The notes under the pieces are model-generated. The model saw nothing but the letters and a program-made list of their open reading frames with translations, was not told the origin of the DNA and searched no databases. A DNA stretch of 64,000 bases from the NCBI GenBank assembly GCA_002633005.1, contig NMRA01000286.1, forward strand, positions 278,175 through 342,174. The letters run 5' to 3'. The stretch's first letter is position 1. Every line of letters begins with the position of its first letter. The stretch comes from Phoronis australis. Lineage: Eukaryota > Animalia > Phoronida. Below are positions 13,323-27,000 of the stretch, piece by piece. Position numbers and translations under genes: made by a program.

Positions 13323-13735
13323 GTGCCCAGTTGCATGAAACAGTCCCTAATAGGGACTCAACTAAGTTCCCTAAATGTTTTCCATATTTGTTTCGTTCAT
13401 AACTCAAATGGTTTTCTATCCTTTTACCTTTTGTTACGAGCTCCTCTTTGACTAGTGGCATTTCTAATAATATAACTAAAAACTGAACCCTTACTTCAAT
13501 CAAAACAATTAGGGAATTAGTCCTTAAATTAAGGGCGTTGCGTGAAAAGATCACTACTTATTTTCAATAATACTGAGAATTCAACGTAGAGTTCACTCTC
13601 GATTTGTATCAAAGTCAAAAATTCGCCCAGTAATGATACTCAAACAGCATATGAAAGGACAAGCCCCCAAATACATAGTAGATTTAGGGAACTTGGTTGA
13701 GTCCCTATTTGGGACTGTTTCATGCAACCGGGCAC
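13323..13735. mobile_element. MITE with about 55-bp terminal inverted repeats (possibly PIF/Harbinger-type)
   Basis: GTGCCCAGTTGCATGAAACAGTCCCTAATAGGGACTCAACTAAGTTCCCTAAAT is inverted at 13682-13735; CCAG occurs at both junctions. Confidence 0.75.
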
Positions 13736-15069
13736 CAGGGTCCCTCGTACATTGTCAATTTCTTTCAAGTTTATTTCACTTTCGCAACAATGTAAGTGTA
13801 ATTTGCGATTTGGGGGTCGGGTGATAGGGCTTCAGTCTGCATCTAAGTTCATTGCAGCATCGTCGATTTCTAATAAGAATAACTTCTAATTATCTGAAAA
13901 TCGCCTATGAATTTGTCGATTTTGTAAATCCAAAACTCCTACGAAGAGCCCCCTCTGCATCAACAATGTTTACACAATAACGCTCTTCAAACGAAATATT
14001 GTTCTTGGAATTCTTTGGGGAAAAGCATAAATATTTCTATGGTTACAAAACCATCGAAAATGTTGACTTTGTGTGATTCGATTCACAAATATCGATATTT
14101 AAGTTTTTCAAAGTTACCATTTGTCGTTGTTCGGAGAAAAGTGTTTTACATGGACATATTCTGTTTTTTCGACGAATTTGACTGTGTCAAATTTATGGTG
14201 TTGCAACGAGGGGATTGTACCGTGCCGCTTCTCCAAGAGAGGACTTGTCTTGAAGTGAACCCCTTAATGCGAAAATATGTATCATGAAAATTGAAAAGAG
14301 TAATAGGCTATACGATTTCACAAAAGCAGAAACAGAGAAACAGTTGGCTCTAATGAGCTATATTTATATATATCATTGGTTGGCTCCATCGTTATGCCTC
14401 CCACCTGAAGAAACGATACAAGTAACATGAAAGAAGTGGCTTTGAATGCCATATATTGACCCCGCCCCCAAGTGCTGAGGACCTTAAATGTGAAAGGACG
14501 TGTGATCTTAAAACAGGAAGTGAGCATCAATTGGTGCTATCAGAGCTCTTCTCCGCCAGTTTCCTAACTGATTTCAAGTGATAAACAATTTCAAGAAATA
14601 ACGGAAAAAATAGCGACAGATGGCTCAATTATCCCTCGCTAGAGAGGTGTCCTTGGAGAAATGCAGTGTCATCTTGAATTGATAAATCTGAATCAACTTG
14701 ATCTTTAAAATCTGTGCGTAACAAGTTTTCTCGGGCTTTTTCGAATTATGTGCAATTACTAAGAGAATATTTTCAAGTGCATGTAGATTGTCTGACACTG
14801 CAAAAACTGAGCAAATAAAAATACCATGGGCAGGCCTCAAGATGGTAAATCCAGCACTGTTATTGAAAAATAATATCATAAAAGTTCTCTCCTCTACATA
14901 TTTAGCCGCGTCTTTCTTATGCGACCCTTGCCCTCGGCGCTATGCCCTATTCCGGTTGCCACGATTTTACTCTGTGGATCATGTGAAGATTTTCATTATC
15001 AGCCAATCTGGCATATTAGCAATGTAACTCTGAAAACAGTTTGCAGATATAAAAAAGACATTACCTATA

Positions 15070-17480
15070 AACATATATTTATTCAATAAATGGCCTCTGG
15101 CTCTTGTTACAATCAAATCATATAATACAATACAGGTAAGTGTCAAGCAACAGTAACACGACTTCTTCGCTTGAATGCGAAATGAAGATATTTACATGTT
15201 GACCATATAAGATCTTTTACCTCCATAGTCACGAGTCTGTTGAATTTTGTAACATTGGAATTGTTGTAGCTCCATACAGGCAAATACCGTTTCCTAAGGT
15301 CATAGTAGAATGGATATTCGGTAACAAAATGATATTCTGACTCGACATAATCATGTCCTAACACAGAGAGGGCATAACCTTTCTGGTCTGCTAAGTTTCA
15401 AGTGTCTACCCTTTTCAATCATTATTGCATGCGCTGAACATCTTAATCTTACCATATCAGATCTAACATTTACATTGTCAAATACATCTAAATTATTTTC
15501 AAAACATATATTTAACTTAAAAGTTCTGTAAGTTTCCAGCTTTATCGAATTGTTCAAAATTTCTTCCCATTTTTGCCGATCAACAGCTTTGAATCTCTGT
15601 TTAAAAAGTGATATGAAGTTTTTCTCAGCACCTACAACCTGATTGTACCACGCTTCTCCAAAACCAAACTGAAAAAGCAATTTCTTAACATCATTAACCC
15701 AGCACGGTTTATTAACATTTTCCGTCATATTGTACTGCCATTCATAGCAATGATATGTAATTTTTGACGCATAGGTTTTTAATAGTTTTAACGAATATTT
15801 CATAATCCCATGAAGTCGGTAAAGTCGGTATGTAATCAAGGAGTAACGACTCATCTCACCTCTAACAGCCGATGATATTGCCGTGCTAGGCAAATTTAAA
15901 ATTTCTCTACAAAATTTTGTGTGAATATATTCGTCCTCACTAAAACCCCAAATCTCACAGCCATAATGAAGTATCGGCAGTATCTTACTATCGAATAATT
16001 TCAAACTAACTTTAGTAGGGAGTGCATTAAAACCATTGACATTTTTCCTAATTAAATTCACTGCCTTAGCAGCCTGTAATGATAAAGTTTTCTGTGCGCA
16101 AGACCACGAACCTTTCGTAGTAAACACTAATCTTAAATATTCATATACATCTACAATGTTAACAGTATTCCAATCATACGTCCATTTTTCATACGATCTT
16201 AACATTCCACCCTTTCTGAAAACAATTATCTTAGTCTTCGACATGTCGACAATCAATTTCCATATCAGACAATACTCATATAAAATATTCAATTTTTTCT
16301 GCAGTCCTTTAAAATAAAACCAAATCATCAGCAAATTGCAGATGCAATAAATAATTCAGCTGATCCCATAGAATTTTTTTAACCGTCACCGGATTTTAAT
16401 TCTTGCTCTAAATCATTTATAAATAAAATAAACAAAAACGGTGATAGCTGAAAGCCTTGTTTTAGACCATTCTGACAATCAAAGAACACCGTATAGCTAC
16501 GATTATTCAATCTCACGATCGCTTTTACTTCCGCTTACAATACTTTGATTATCTTATACATCTTACCTTCTATGCGATTGTTCTTTAATTTAAAATATAA
16601 TGCACTTCTACATATACTGTCGAAAGCGACTTTAAAATCCACGAAAGGGCAATAGAATCTACCTTTCTCTCGTGAGAAATACTTAATTATTTTTGTATAT
16701 AAAGCAAACATATTATCCACCGTAATGTGCCCTTTCCTAAAAGCAGCTTGAGACATCGTCGCTGGCACAAAATTTTTACGAATATTTTGGCTGTGACTTG
16801 CATGAGGGAAATTACACTGAAATTTTCAGGAATCTTGGCACCACCCTTAAATATCGGTACTATATTGGATTTTGGCCATTCTTTTGGAAACACCCATTTA
16901 AAAAAAAGTAGTTGTATAAATGGAACAGTGAATCTACCAACTTTTTATCAGCATACTTGTAAAACTCAATGCTGATTTTATCACATCCAGACGAAGTTCC
17001 GTCTTTCATACTACTGATGGCTTGTAAAATTTCATCTTTTGTGACCTCAGAGTCTAGCTCCATATCAACAATTTCATTAATTGAATTGTTGTCATTTTTA
17101 CTGAGTTCTCACTCCGGATTAGTAACAAAATAACGGCCTTCAAACAGAGAGCTGGAATAATTTATCCATTCCTCCGGTTTAATATTCGTCGTTACACATT
17201 TCTTCTTAATATCAAATGTGCGCCAGAATTTTTTGCTGTCTTTACTCTTCACACCTGAATTTGTTGTAAAATGTTTTCTGTTACAGTTTAACCGTTTCAC
17301 TTTTTTAAATTTCCATAATCTCTTCTAGCTTGTTCGGCTATTGTTTTCTAATGATTTGTTTGTTTCAGACGGACTTGTTAAGTCTTACGCATCACTTTGG
17401 AACAAGTACGGTTTCTTTCCACCATTCAAAATTTTCATGGACTTGTGCGTGCAATCTTTCATTTAAAAGATTCCAAAAAT
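15070..17480 (-). mobile_element. 5'-truncated, frameshifted non-LTR retrotransposon (RTEX/RTE-like LINE ORF2)
   Basis: Minus-strand fragments in RT order: GCDKISIEFYK, W..SNIVPIFKGG, FVDFKVAFDSI, GLKQG.QLSPFLF, LQFADDL (~16340), YGCEIWG, AVRGEMSR, RLCPLC..VESEYHF. A short 3'UTR has AATAAA at 15083-15078. Clade assignment is from motif recall. Confidence 0.85.
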
Positions 17481-17974
17481 ATGACATTTTCTGTATGCCT
17501 TCCAAATTCCCCCAAAATATTAACACATATCGCCAATAAACGTACTCCCAATTAATTGAAGACATTTACGAAAAGCCAACCCGTGAGTTGATGTAGGAAT
17601 CACAAATTAACTTTCTGGATTCATCCAAATAGTGGAGGGAAGTTTATGTTTGGTTCTCGTTGTGTTTTACTACTGATTCGAGATCAGCTTTCTTCATCGA
17701 ATTGTCGCCACAAACGTCTTTGTGGTCAAAATTGACATCCAAGTGTCACATATCTGCACGTATTGTAAAAAGAGAGACAAGAGGAAATAATTCATTTTTA
17801 CTGAGATTGTAACAAACTTCCCCTAAATTCCGGCCTGTACAACCCTCGACAAAGAAACCTAGTCCTAGTTGCATAAAAGTTTTACGCTGGGTACCAACAC
17901 TGAACTTGAGCTTCCCGTTCAGTAACGCCAGTATCTTTGGTAACGCTAGTACCTTGATAAAAAGCAAAGCATCG

Positions 17975-18469
17975 CGAGATTATGTGAGATATTGCATTGT
18001 ATTTCAAATAAAAACACGTGACTTAGTCTAGATTTTAGCTGGGTCTTGGCGTAGGTCCTAGCGTTATAGAACACACGCCAGATGTCGCACTATACTGGTG
18101 AACCGGAAGCCTTTCAACGTTGCACTTGGAAGCTGGAAGTGGGTACTGTAATTTGCAAAATAAAAACGTAAAAGTTAGTGACAAACATCACTTGTGACGG
18201 CTCTGCAGTCGACTTAAGCCTCATGTTAATTTCTACGCTTACTCCAAACATATGATACATCGCGCGGCACTGGTATTGCGGTCCCTGATGATGTAGAGAA
18301 CCAGGCAAATTACTGACGAGTGACGGTGACTGGCCCGTTGTTATTTAGTGGATGTGAACTAGGACCTCGCTAAAAAGCGAGATTACGTGAGATATTGCCG
18401 TGTATTTCAAATGAGAACATGTGACTCTGGCTAGATTTCAGCTAGGTCCTAGCGTAGGTCCTAGCGTTA
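17975..18469. repeat. Pair of ~95-bp direct repeats about 400 bp apart
   Basis: GCGAGATTA.GTGAGATATTGC..TGTATTTCAAAT...GCGTAGGTCCTAGCGTTA at ~17975-18068 and ~18378-18469. Confidence 0.75.
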
Positions 18470-19980
18470 CTGCACGCACGCCTGGCCGGTTCTTAAAATC
18501 AGGGACTGCTAAATCCGACCAGAGCCCCTTTCGCTCCTGCTTGGTTTTTCTGGCCAAGTACAAGGCATCTGAATGGATGCATAATACCTGCGGCATCCAG
18601 GATGATGTAATTGCCTACCCCAGTGGCAGCTAGGCTGGCCCCGTTCTAGCCAGCCAGCTAACTGTATGAAGACTGTCGTCAAATATTTATATACAGCTTT
18701 GTACCAAGGCTAGCCCCGTTCAGACAGTGGCACTCTCTGTTTAGCCTTGCCTGTAAGTCTTGGAGCCTTGTAGACAGTGACTACCATCTCTAGCTGGCCA
18801 GTGGAGATGGTGTAGGTCTTGTAGGAGCCTTGAGCCTTGCAGGTCTGTTGGAGTTGGTTCAGTGGGTCCACCGATTTTACTTGGGGCTGGTGGCTGTCTA
18901 GACAGTGACCACCATCTCTAACTGCCCCCAGCAGAGACGGGTAAAGCTCCTTCATATACAAGAAGCGTTTTGGCGAATTATACCTCACACTGATTAAAAA
19001 ATAGGCTAGGCTCGCACTTTAAGGGGATTTGCCAAAATGGCTAAAACATCTGTACACTTTTAGTCATTTTCGAAAATTATTCTTCAAACACTTTCTCCCT
19101 ATCCCCGGGTCATAACGTAGAATTGTCGTGAGGACTTGACAGGGACCTCAGGGGTCTCACTCTCCGCTGATTTATCCACATTATTTTGAAAACGCTTTGC
19201 CCAGTCACACATTGTGTGTCATAAAAGAGATAAGCATACCTGCAGCTAACATATCAAGTAGAACTACTCTCGTTTGTCACATTGGTGTAGACTCACAGTT
19301 GAACTGTGGTTTTCTGTTGATCCCAGACCGTCCGGAGTTGCACCATATACCAACTCCGGATGGTCTCTCACAAACGATTTAGCGTTATGTTACAGCAGGG
19401 GTATGCCGGCCACATGGGAATCATTTCATTGATGTGGACCCAAAAAATTTGCCCCTATCCCTGGTTACTCATTTCATTGATTTTGACCTAAAAATTGGTA
19501 GGGATTCCCCCTATCCCCAGGTTACAGCGGGGATACGCCTCCCTCGTGGACATTTTAATGAACAAGACATGTAGGTAAAAAAACATAACTGCTCTTGCAA
19601 TATAAAGTTAAATCGTGACATCTGCTTTAGCTTGCTTTCTTTCGGACACCGCCAAAATGCTATATGTGAGATCAGCCCCCCCCCCTACACATTTCAACAT
19701 TTTGTTGCGGTAAAAGAATGGTTTTAGGGGTGTCACGGACATGAAATGGAACATTCGATTGCTATTTTAAGACTAGGAATCGAATTAAGAATGTCGTTCG
19801 CAGCGCCACTGGATTTGCGCTTACTGTCGCAAGTAGGTTTCCCGAAATTTATTTTTATTGTCAAGCTGCAAAAGCACTTGCCAAGTTGGCGAATGGAGTT
19901 AGCTTTACTATCACCAGTGCTGCTCAGAATTCACCAATGGCAAGCGGATAGCGCGAGCCTATATAGGTCACGTTGTGCAA

Positions 19981-20243
19981 ATAGGGACACCTTAGGAGGC
20001 CGTCGATGTCTTTAATTACTTCCAACTTGAACAAATACTCCCGTAATCAAACTTTTTTATGCAGTTCTTTGTTCACACTGTGCGCTATCCTATTTTTACC
20101 GCGCCCGCAGTGTTAAAAATGGCCACTTGTTGATTTGGGCATCTGAATGAAGGACTGCTCGAAGAAAAAGTTTGATTAGGGGAGTATTTGTTCGAGTTAG
20201 AAGGAATTAAAGACATTGACTGCCTCATAAGGTGCCCCTCTAT
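19981..20243. mobile_element. Fold-back MITE about 850 bp upstream of the MAN2C1 start codon
   Basis: 19981-20058 is inverted at 20165-20243 (about 80-bp arms). Confidence 0.7.
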
Positions 20244-21083
20244 GCTTAAAAGGTACTTATTATTACGTGATTAATCAGTGCGAGGCATAACTCTCCAAAA
20301 AGCTTCCTACTGGGGCCAGCTATAGGTGGTGGTCTCTGTGTAGTGACTTTCCTGTACATTTTTTTCCACTAATAATTATCTCTGTGTGCTGACGATAGGT
20401 TTTGAGTGAACTGATAGTGAAAACCAGAAAGCCAAAGACAAGAGCAATGCTCGACAGTTAGGAAAACGCGAAGTCGCATGCAAAAATTCCAGGTCGCCAA
20501 AACAAAATCTGAGGTCACTAAAACAGAAAATCTCAGACATGTCAAAGAACTTTGCCCTTTTTGATTTTCTCTGATCACTTTTCAAGTAAACCTCATGGCA
20601 ATTTACATGAGATGACCCCAATTTGCGATAGACAACAAAGTGAAAGAGAAAGAATTGCAGTTTTGGCAATGTATTTGTAATATATGATGAATTTATAGAT
20701 AACTGTCCATAATATTGTTTGGTAAACTTCATTTTTTCAATCAAAACGTAATTGGTTGAACATTCCCGTTACAAGCAATGCATCGCCTAGGTTGGACAGC
20801 GATTGAGCTTTTTACTGTAGTTATACGTGATGCCTGACAAATTCATAAAATACGCTTTGTATCAGAAATGCTTTTAAGGTAAATTACAAATCATATAAGA
20901 GGACCTGGAGAGATGGTTCCAGTGGACCAGGTGTGAATAGAAGGCATACCCCTTATATGTGTAGATTATCACTAAAACCCCCTGTGATGACCCACGGTCA
21001 TCACTTTTTATGACGTATGGTAATTATTCCTTTAAATTTTTCGGAAACAAGTTATTTGTTTTTTTTGCAGAATTCCGGTCAAT

Positions 21084-24000
21084 ATGGAGGTTGTCTTGAA
21101 GAACAGGAGAACCATTCTTGAACGAATTGAAAAGTACATTTCACCTCATTATTTCACAGATGTCAACTTGAAAGGAAGGTTTGTTGATTACTGGGTGGAA
21201 TACGTGATGTAATCTTTTTTGATATGGAAAACAGCCATTTGAGTTATTTTTTGTCTCGGTGATGGATGATTTTCTTTATAAGCCTGTTTATTAGTCCAAA
21301 ATGCTTAGGTGGCCCTAGTGTATTTTTCTGAGACATGATATATTTATATTTAGTTTTGTTAGTTATGTTAGTGCAAGATACCATAATAACATGGCTGTTA
21401 TAACTAATAATCTCAATTTGGTTGTATCTCGTACATACTGGCATTGTAAGCAAGAGATACATTATGCAAAATGACGCTTAAACGCCAAATCACATTTCAT
21501 GTCCTGGCAAAAATCTGAAAACAAACATTTTGATTTGTTAGGCAACTCTTATCTTAATGCAGAGTACAAGCATAGTTCCCAGTCATGGCACCTAAATACA
21601 AGTGGCAATCACCACCAGAGTAGCTAGAATGACCCGTCGTGATGTGGGAAATCTGCTTACTTTTAGTGTGCACTGACTAATGATCTGTTAAGGTCATACA
21701 CAGTACAGACCCTGTAATATTGTGGAGAACTATGTTCGGTTTAGACTTGATCGTAACATAATCTCGTTCAAGGTTGTATCCTCACACATCTCCGGTCACC
21801 AGTCTTACTCACTATGCGGCTCCGGGAAGAATCACATACAGTGAAGCCACCCAAGGCGAGTACTCACCTACCTCTGTGGGGTCATCATTTGGACCGGCAT
21901 TCGCCACTCATTGGTTCCGTGTAGTCATCGACGTTCCATCTGATTGGTTAGGCAGAGAAGTACACTTCCGCTGGAACTCTGGCTCAGAAGCAATGATTTG
22001 GAAAGCTGGTAATGTTGTGCAGGTAATGTTACTTGTAACGATGTGCTGTAAACATTTGGGTTAGCGCCAATGCTCACATAAGCGTCTACTCATTCATTTT
22101 TAAAAGTTTTTAGAATAAGCATCGACTGCTCGGCTAATTGTGCAGCATCTACCTTCAGGTGCACTGCTTGGGGTAGCTCCTACCTGAAATTTGCTTCACC
22201 GAATCCATTTCCAAAATGATAAGGTACGTTTTCAAATGTGGAAGCCAGATCAATTTTGAGTCGCGGTGTAGTTGCGGTAGTTGCTGGAGTCATTGTATTT
22301 TTACCAACTTCTGCATTAAAAATGTTGAAATTGACACTAAGCCACCGACTGTCATTCTATCCACCATGTTTGCTTTCAAAAGATCTTAGGTTTTCTCACT
22401 TTTGAGAGCAAAATCAAGACCTTGTTTACCTCTCAAGGCAAGGTTATAAGCATGGCTTGGTCACGTGGGGTAGCATGTGTTCAGACTTAAGGGAGCAAAC
22501 TCAAATCACCCAATAATAGAAAATGACCTTTTTCACGTAAATTTAATAGTACATACATAAGCAAAACAAGGGAGAAGAATTTATTATCATGAAATTTGCG
22601 CTGTGTCATTTTCACACATCAGTACCAGTGCCTTCCTTTACCTGAGCGAAAAGGTGCATGTGCCTGCTGAGAGGTGTATTTTTTGCGTTAAGTGGAAAAT
22701 TCTTGTTGCAGTCGCCACCAATTCAAGGGACTGCATAAGCAAGTAATTCTAAACATGATGATGGCTTTTAAAATCATTGGTGGGGAATTTTTGGATCTGA
22801 TTAAGGGAATATTAAAGTAATTTTAGAGGGGAATGGAACTGATATTCTGTCCCAAAATTGAGGCATGTTAGGTCCTGAATACATTATTCGACTGAGTCTT
22901 AAAACACCTCAGTTGTTGCTCATGGAAGTTTTTTGACAGGAAGTTTAGCAAAATAAAATTTCACCTGTCCATCATATTTTGTGCTAAATAGGTAAAAAAT
23001 TATGGTAATTGTCAAATGTCCCAGGTTAATGAGTTTTCACTTGTTGCAGGCTTTCAGTGGGGATCAAAGAGAGGACTTCATCTTGTCGCAAAATCTCCAG
23101 AATTCAGAATTACAGTGAGTGGGTTGCCTGCCAAGCTTGGGAGAATTCAAAAGTGGCTATAAACCCACCGTCCATCTATAGAATAACTTTGGATGTGAGG
23201 CACTTACTACTAAAAATGGGGTCTTGTCGACAAGTCTATGCATTATACAAAAACATTGGATGTGGGGCACTTAACTGCTAAAAATGGGGCCTTGTCTACA
23301 AGTCTATGCATTTAGCCTGACATCTGCAAATTTTAATTTCGGTTAGTGTAAAGGTATATATTTTGTGAAAGAAGAAAGTCTGTAGAATTTGATTTTTGAC
23401 TTTTTACCAATCTGTTGTTAATTGGGTCTTGTGACCATGTTTTTTATGTGCCCGCATATTTATATGTGGTCACATATTGCCATCATCTCTGTCTGGGTGT
23501 CCGGCATCCGCAGCTGTATCTCCTGTATCTCTCCTAAACTAAACCCTCACAGGATCTTAATGAGATTTGGTAGATGTGTTCCTATGAAGCTGACGACGGA
23601 TGACGATGAATTTCGGACCTTTCCGACTATCGGTGTGCCTTCTAGTTGCAATTTTATTTTTTATGCTTACCTCTCTATCTTTGAAGGTCATCGGATTTTC
23701 ATAAAATTTGGCAGTTAGGCATCTATTTGTGAGATGATGCCATCCACTCGTTTTCGGACGGATTCAAGGTATTTTGCACCTTCTAGTGGCCATTTTTACT
23801 GTTTTCGATTTTTTGGTGCCCACCCTTCTATCTACCAAACCACTCTAGGGATGATTTTGAAAATTGGCATATAAATATGTTCTCAGTCTGAAGAGGGTGG
23901 CTGGTGATGATTTTTTGACGACTACGACTACTGTGGCATCTCCTAGTGGCAGTTTTGTTTGTTTTTGCACCTACCGCTGTATCTACTGAACACTCTTCAG

Positions 24001-27000
24001 TATCTTTATTGAATTTTGCTGGTGTATTTATATGAAATTGACAACAGATGACGACGACTTTCGGACGGATCGGACTACTGGTGTGCCCCTAGTGACTGTT
24101 TTAGTTTTTTACGTTTACCTATGTATCTTCAAAGGTCGTCTATGGATTTTCATAAAATTTGTCAGATAGGCATCTATTAGTGGGGTGACGCTATCCGTAC
24201 ATTTTCAGATTGATTCAAAGTATTTTGCACCACCTAGTGGTCTTTTTTTATTGTTTTTGAGTTTTTTGGCATCTGCCCCTCTGTTTACCGAACCACTCTA
24301 AAGATGATTGTGGAAATTAGCGTGTATGTCTCTAATGTGAAGAGGAGGGCTGACTATAATTTTCCGACAACCTCAACAACTGTGACGCCTCCTAGTGGCA
24401 GTTTTTTATGCCCATGGCTGTATCTCCTAAACTTTCTGCAGTATTTTTATTAAATTTAGTATGTGTATGTATATGAACTTCACAACAAACGACAGCGACT
24501 TTCGGATGGTTGGGACTACCAGTGTGCCCCCCAATGGCAATTTTAGTTTTTTAATTTTACCTTTGTTTCTTCAAAGCTCTTCAACGAATTTTCATAAGAT
24601 TTGGAAGATAGGCATCTATTAATGAGCTGACGCTATCTTCCAGTGTTTGGTTTGATTCGTGCACCTAGTGTCCATTGTTGCTGTTTTCGATTCTTGTTAT
24701 TTGGCGTCTGCCCCTCTGTCAACCAAACCACTATAAGCATGGTTGTGGAAATTGGCATATATGTTCCTGATGTGAAGAGGAAGTCTAACAATGATTTTCC
24801 CATGACTTTATCTACTGTGGCACTTAATGGCAGTTATGTTTTTTGCACCCATAGCCTCCTAGTTGCAATTTCATTTGTTTCATTTTCCTCAGTTTCTCAG
24901 AAGTTCCGTGATAGATTTGTATGAAATTTGGGAAATAGCTTTGATGACACATACCAGTTTTCGGATGGACACGACGTAATTTGCATCATCTAGTGGCCAT
25001 TTTTATGTTCCAAATAAACACCCCTAGAAGCACACTGTTTGCGGTGCGTTCGTGGGTGCATTTCAACGCTCCGCATTACTCTTGTAATAAAATTAAGCAA
25101 GTATAATGTACATTTGTTGTGAAATAATGATATCAATAATATGACCATTTTATGTTAATTTTCAAGTTTTCTTGACTAATGTCTGGCATTCAGTGTCTGG
25201 TATCAGCATGGAGCCTGCAGCTGTATTTCCTAAACTTTCCTTGCAGGATCTTCGTGAAATTTGGCAGGTGTGCTCATGTTAGCGTGGCAATAGATGATGA
25301 CAACTTTTGGACAGATCCAATGATCAATGAGGCCCAAATGGCAATTTTATTATTTTACGTTTAGCGCTTCATCTACCATGCTCCGTAATAGTTCATTATA
25401 AAATACTGCAAAAAGCATATCTGTTGAAAAGATGAGGAGACATTCCAATTTTGGACATATCAGATGTATTCTGCACCCCCTAGTTTGCATTTTACTATTC
25501 TTGTTCTGTTTTTCTGATGTCTTCCCTATCTGCCAAATCATTTGAAAGATGTTTTAATATTGAAAAGAGCATGGTAGACATTAATTTTGGGTAAATCTTT
25601 TGTAATGCCCCTTGTGTCAATTTTGTTGTGTTGAGGAGTGCATACTGTGCCATTTATCAAATGAGGTTTAGCTGCGCCACCAGAGTGTTAGACTGCGACT
25701 ACGGGAGTTCCAGATTCAATACCGCGCAGAGCCTGGTCTCAGAAAATTCCTTTCCTCACTGATAGCATTACGTTAAGATGAACAGTTACACTGCTTTCTA
25801 GCACAAATACCATCCTTTTTACTCGAATTTCTAGAAACTATCAGTATAACCTTGTTTCAGCTATGAGCTTTATGTGGAGATGGCATGTAACACAGAGTTT
25901 GGTGCAGGTGGTGGTGGAATGATTAATCCGCCAGACGTCCACGCACAGTTCACAATGAGCCGCGCTGACTTGGCAGTGTTTGATCGGGATGTCTACGATT
26001 TACTGGTGGATTTGGAAATACTTCACGACATGTCCAAGGTGTGTAAGAAGGGTGTATGTTCTTTATCAGTTTTTGGCCACAGTAAGATTAAAAACCAGAT
26101 GATCGCCGCACAAATAAAAAAGTTTACGTTAAATCAACATTTCGTCTATTCTGAATAGATTTAACATGGACTTTTTTATTTGTGCGGCAATCGTCCGATT
26201 TCTGCTCTTGTATCTAGGAAGATATTACTTNGACTGTGTACAATCTGACATTACCGGGGCCTCTAAGTTGGGTGGTCTGTGGTTGGAAGTGTCTCTGTTC
26301 AGAAGGTTTACTGTTCTGTTGACTGGAACCCAATGCATTTAACCAGAACCTGACCTTGCCTCTAACACCCGAGTCAGATCCTGTGACACTTTGTCACAAC
26401 CTAAACCTAACCATAGCCCTAATCTATGGATTTTACATCCTTCAGACTATAGGCCCTTCAGAATGTTGCCCCTTCTGCCAACAGAAGCACTAATATCCTG
26501 TGGAAGATAAAATCTAGGTAAAAAAATTCAAATTGTGTAATCTTTGGGCAATCGACTCATGCACTTGATCCCCACTGAAGCGTTATTTGAGGAAAGATGA
26601 AGTTTGGAAGACCCCAAAGGTTGGCAAATTCTTTTGAAAATGTCTAGAAGTGAAAGGGTTAGCATGATGTGTTGTTGGTGTTTCGCTGCAATCATGTGAA
26701 TAGATTTTCTAGCGCTGGTGTTAACATTGGCATATGAATCTGCAATAAACCAATCTTGTCGTTTTTGTAAAAGATTGACATTATGAGATCTTGCAATTTC
26801 TAGTTTTACCATACTGCACAACTGATTATTGAATGTTAAATGACGTCTGCTTTATATCCTATACAGCCTTTTAAATGTGATTGGCTACCTTTGCTGTCAA
26901 GGATTGAATTTCTTAATAACTACCTTCCAAGTATTAACAGTAGACCCATAAAACTATATTTTTAAAGTCATTGATGATCACAGGCTCTTATTATATATAA

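Noticed and set aside
15351-16334. 327-aa ORF as a host gene
   Set aside because: It is the C-terminal part of the frameshifted LINE ORF2.
25660-25735. tRNA-like sequence in MAN2C1 intron 3
   Set aside because: The A and B boxes are degenerate and I could not build a cloverleaf; at most a decayed SINE head.
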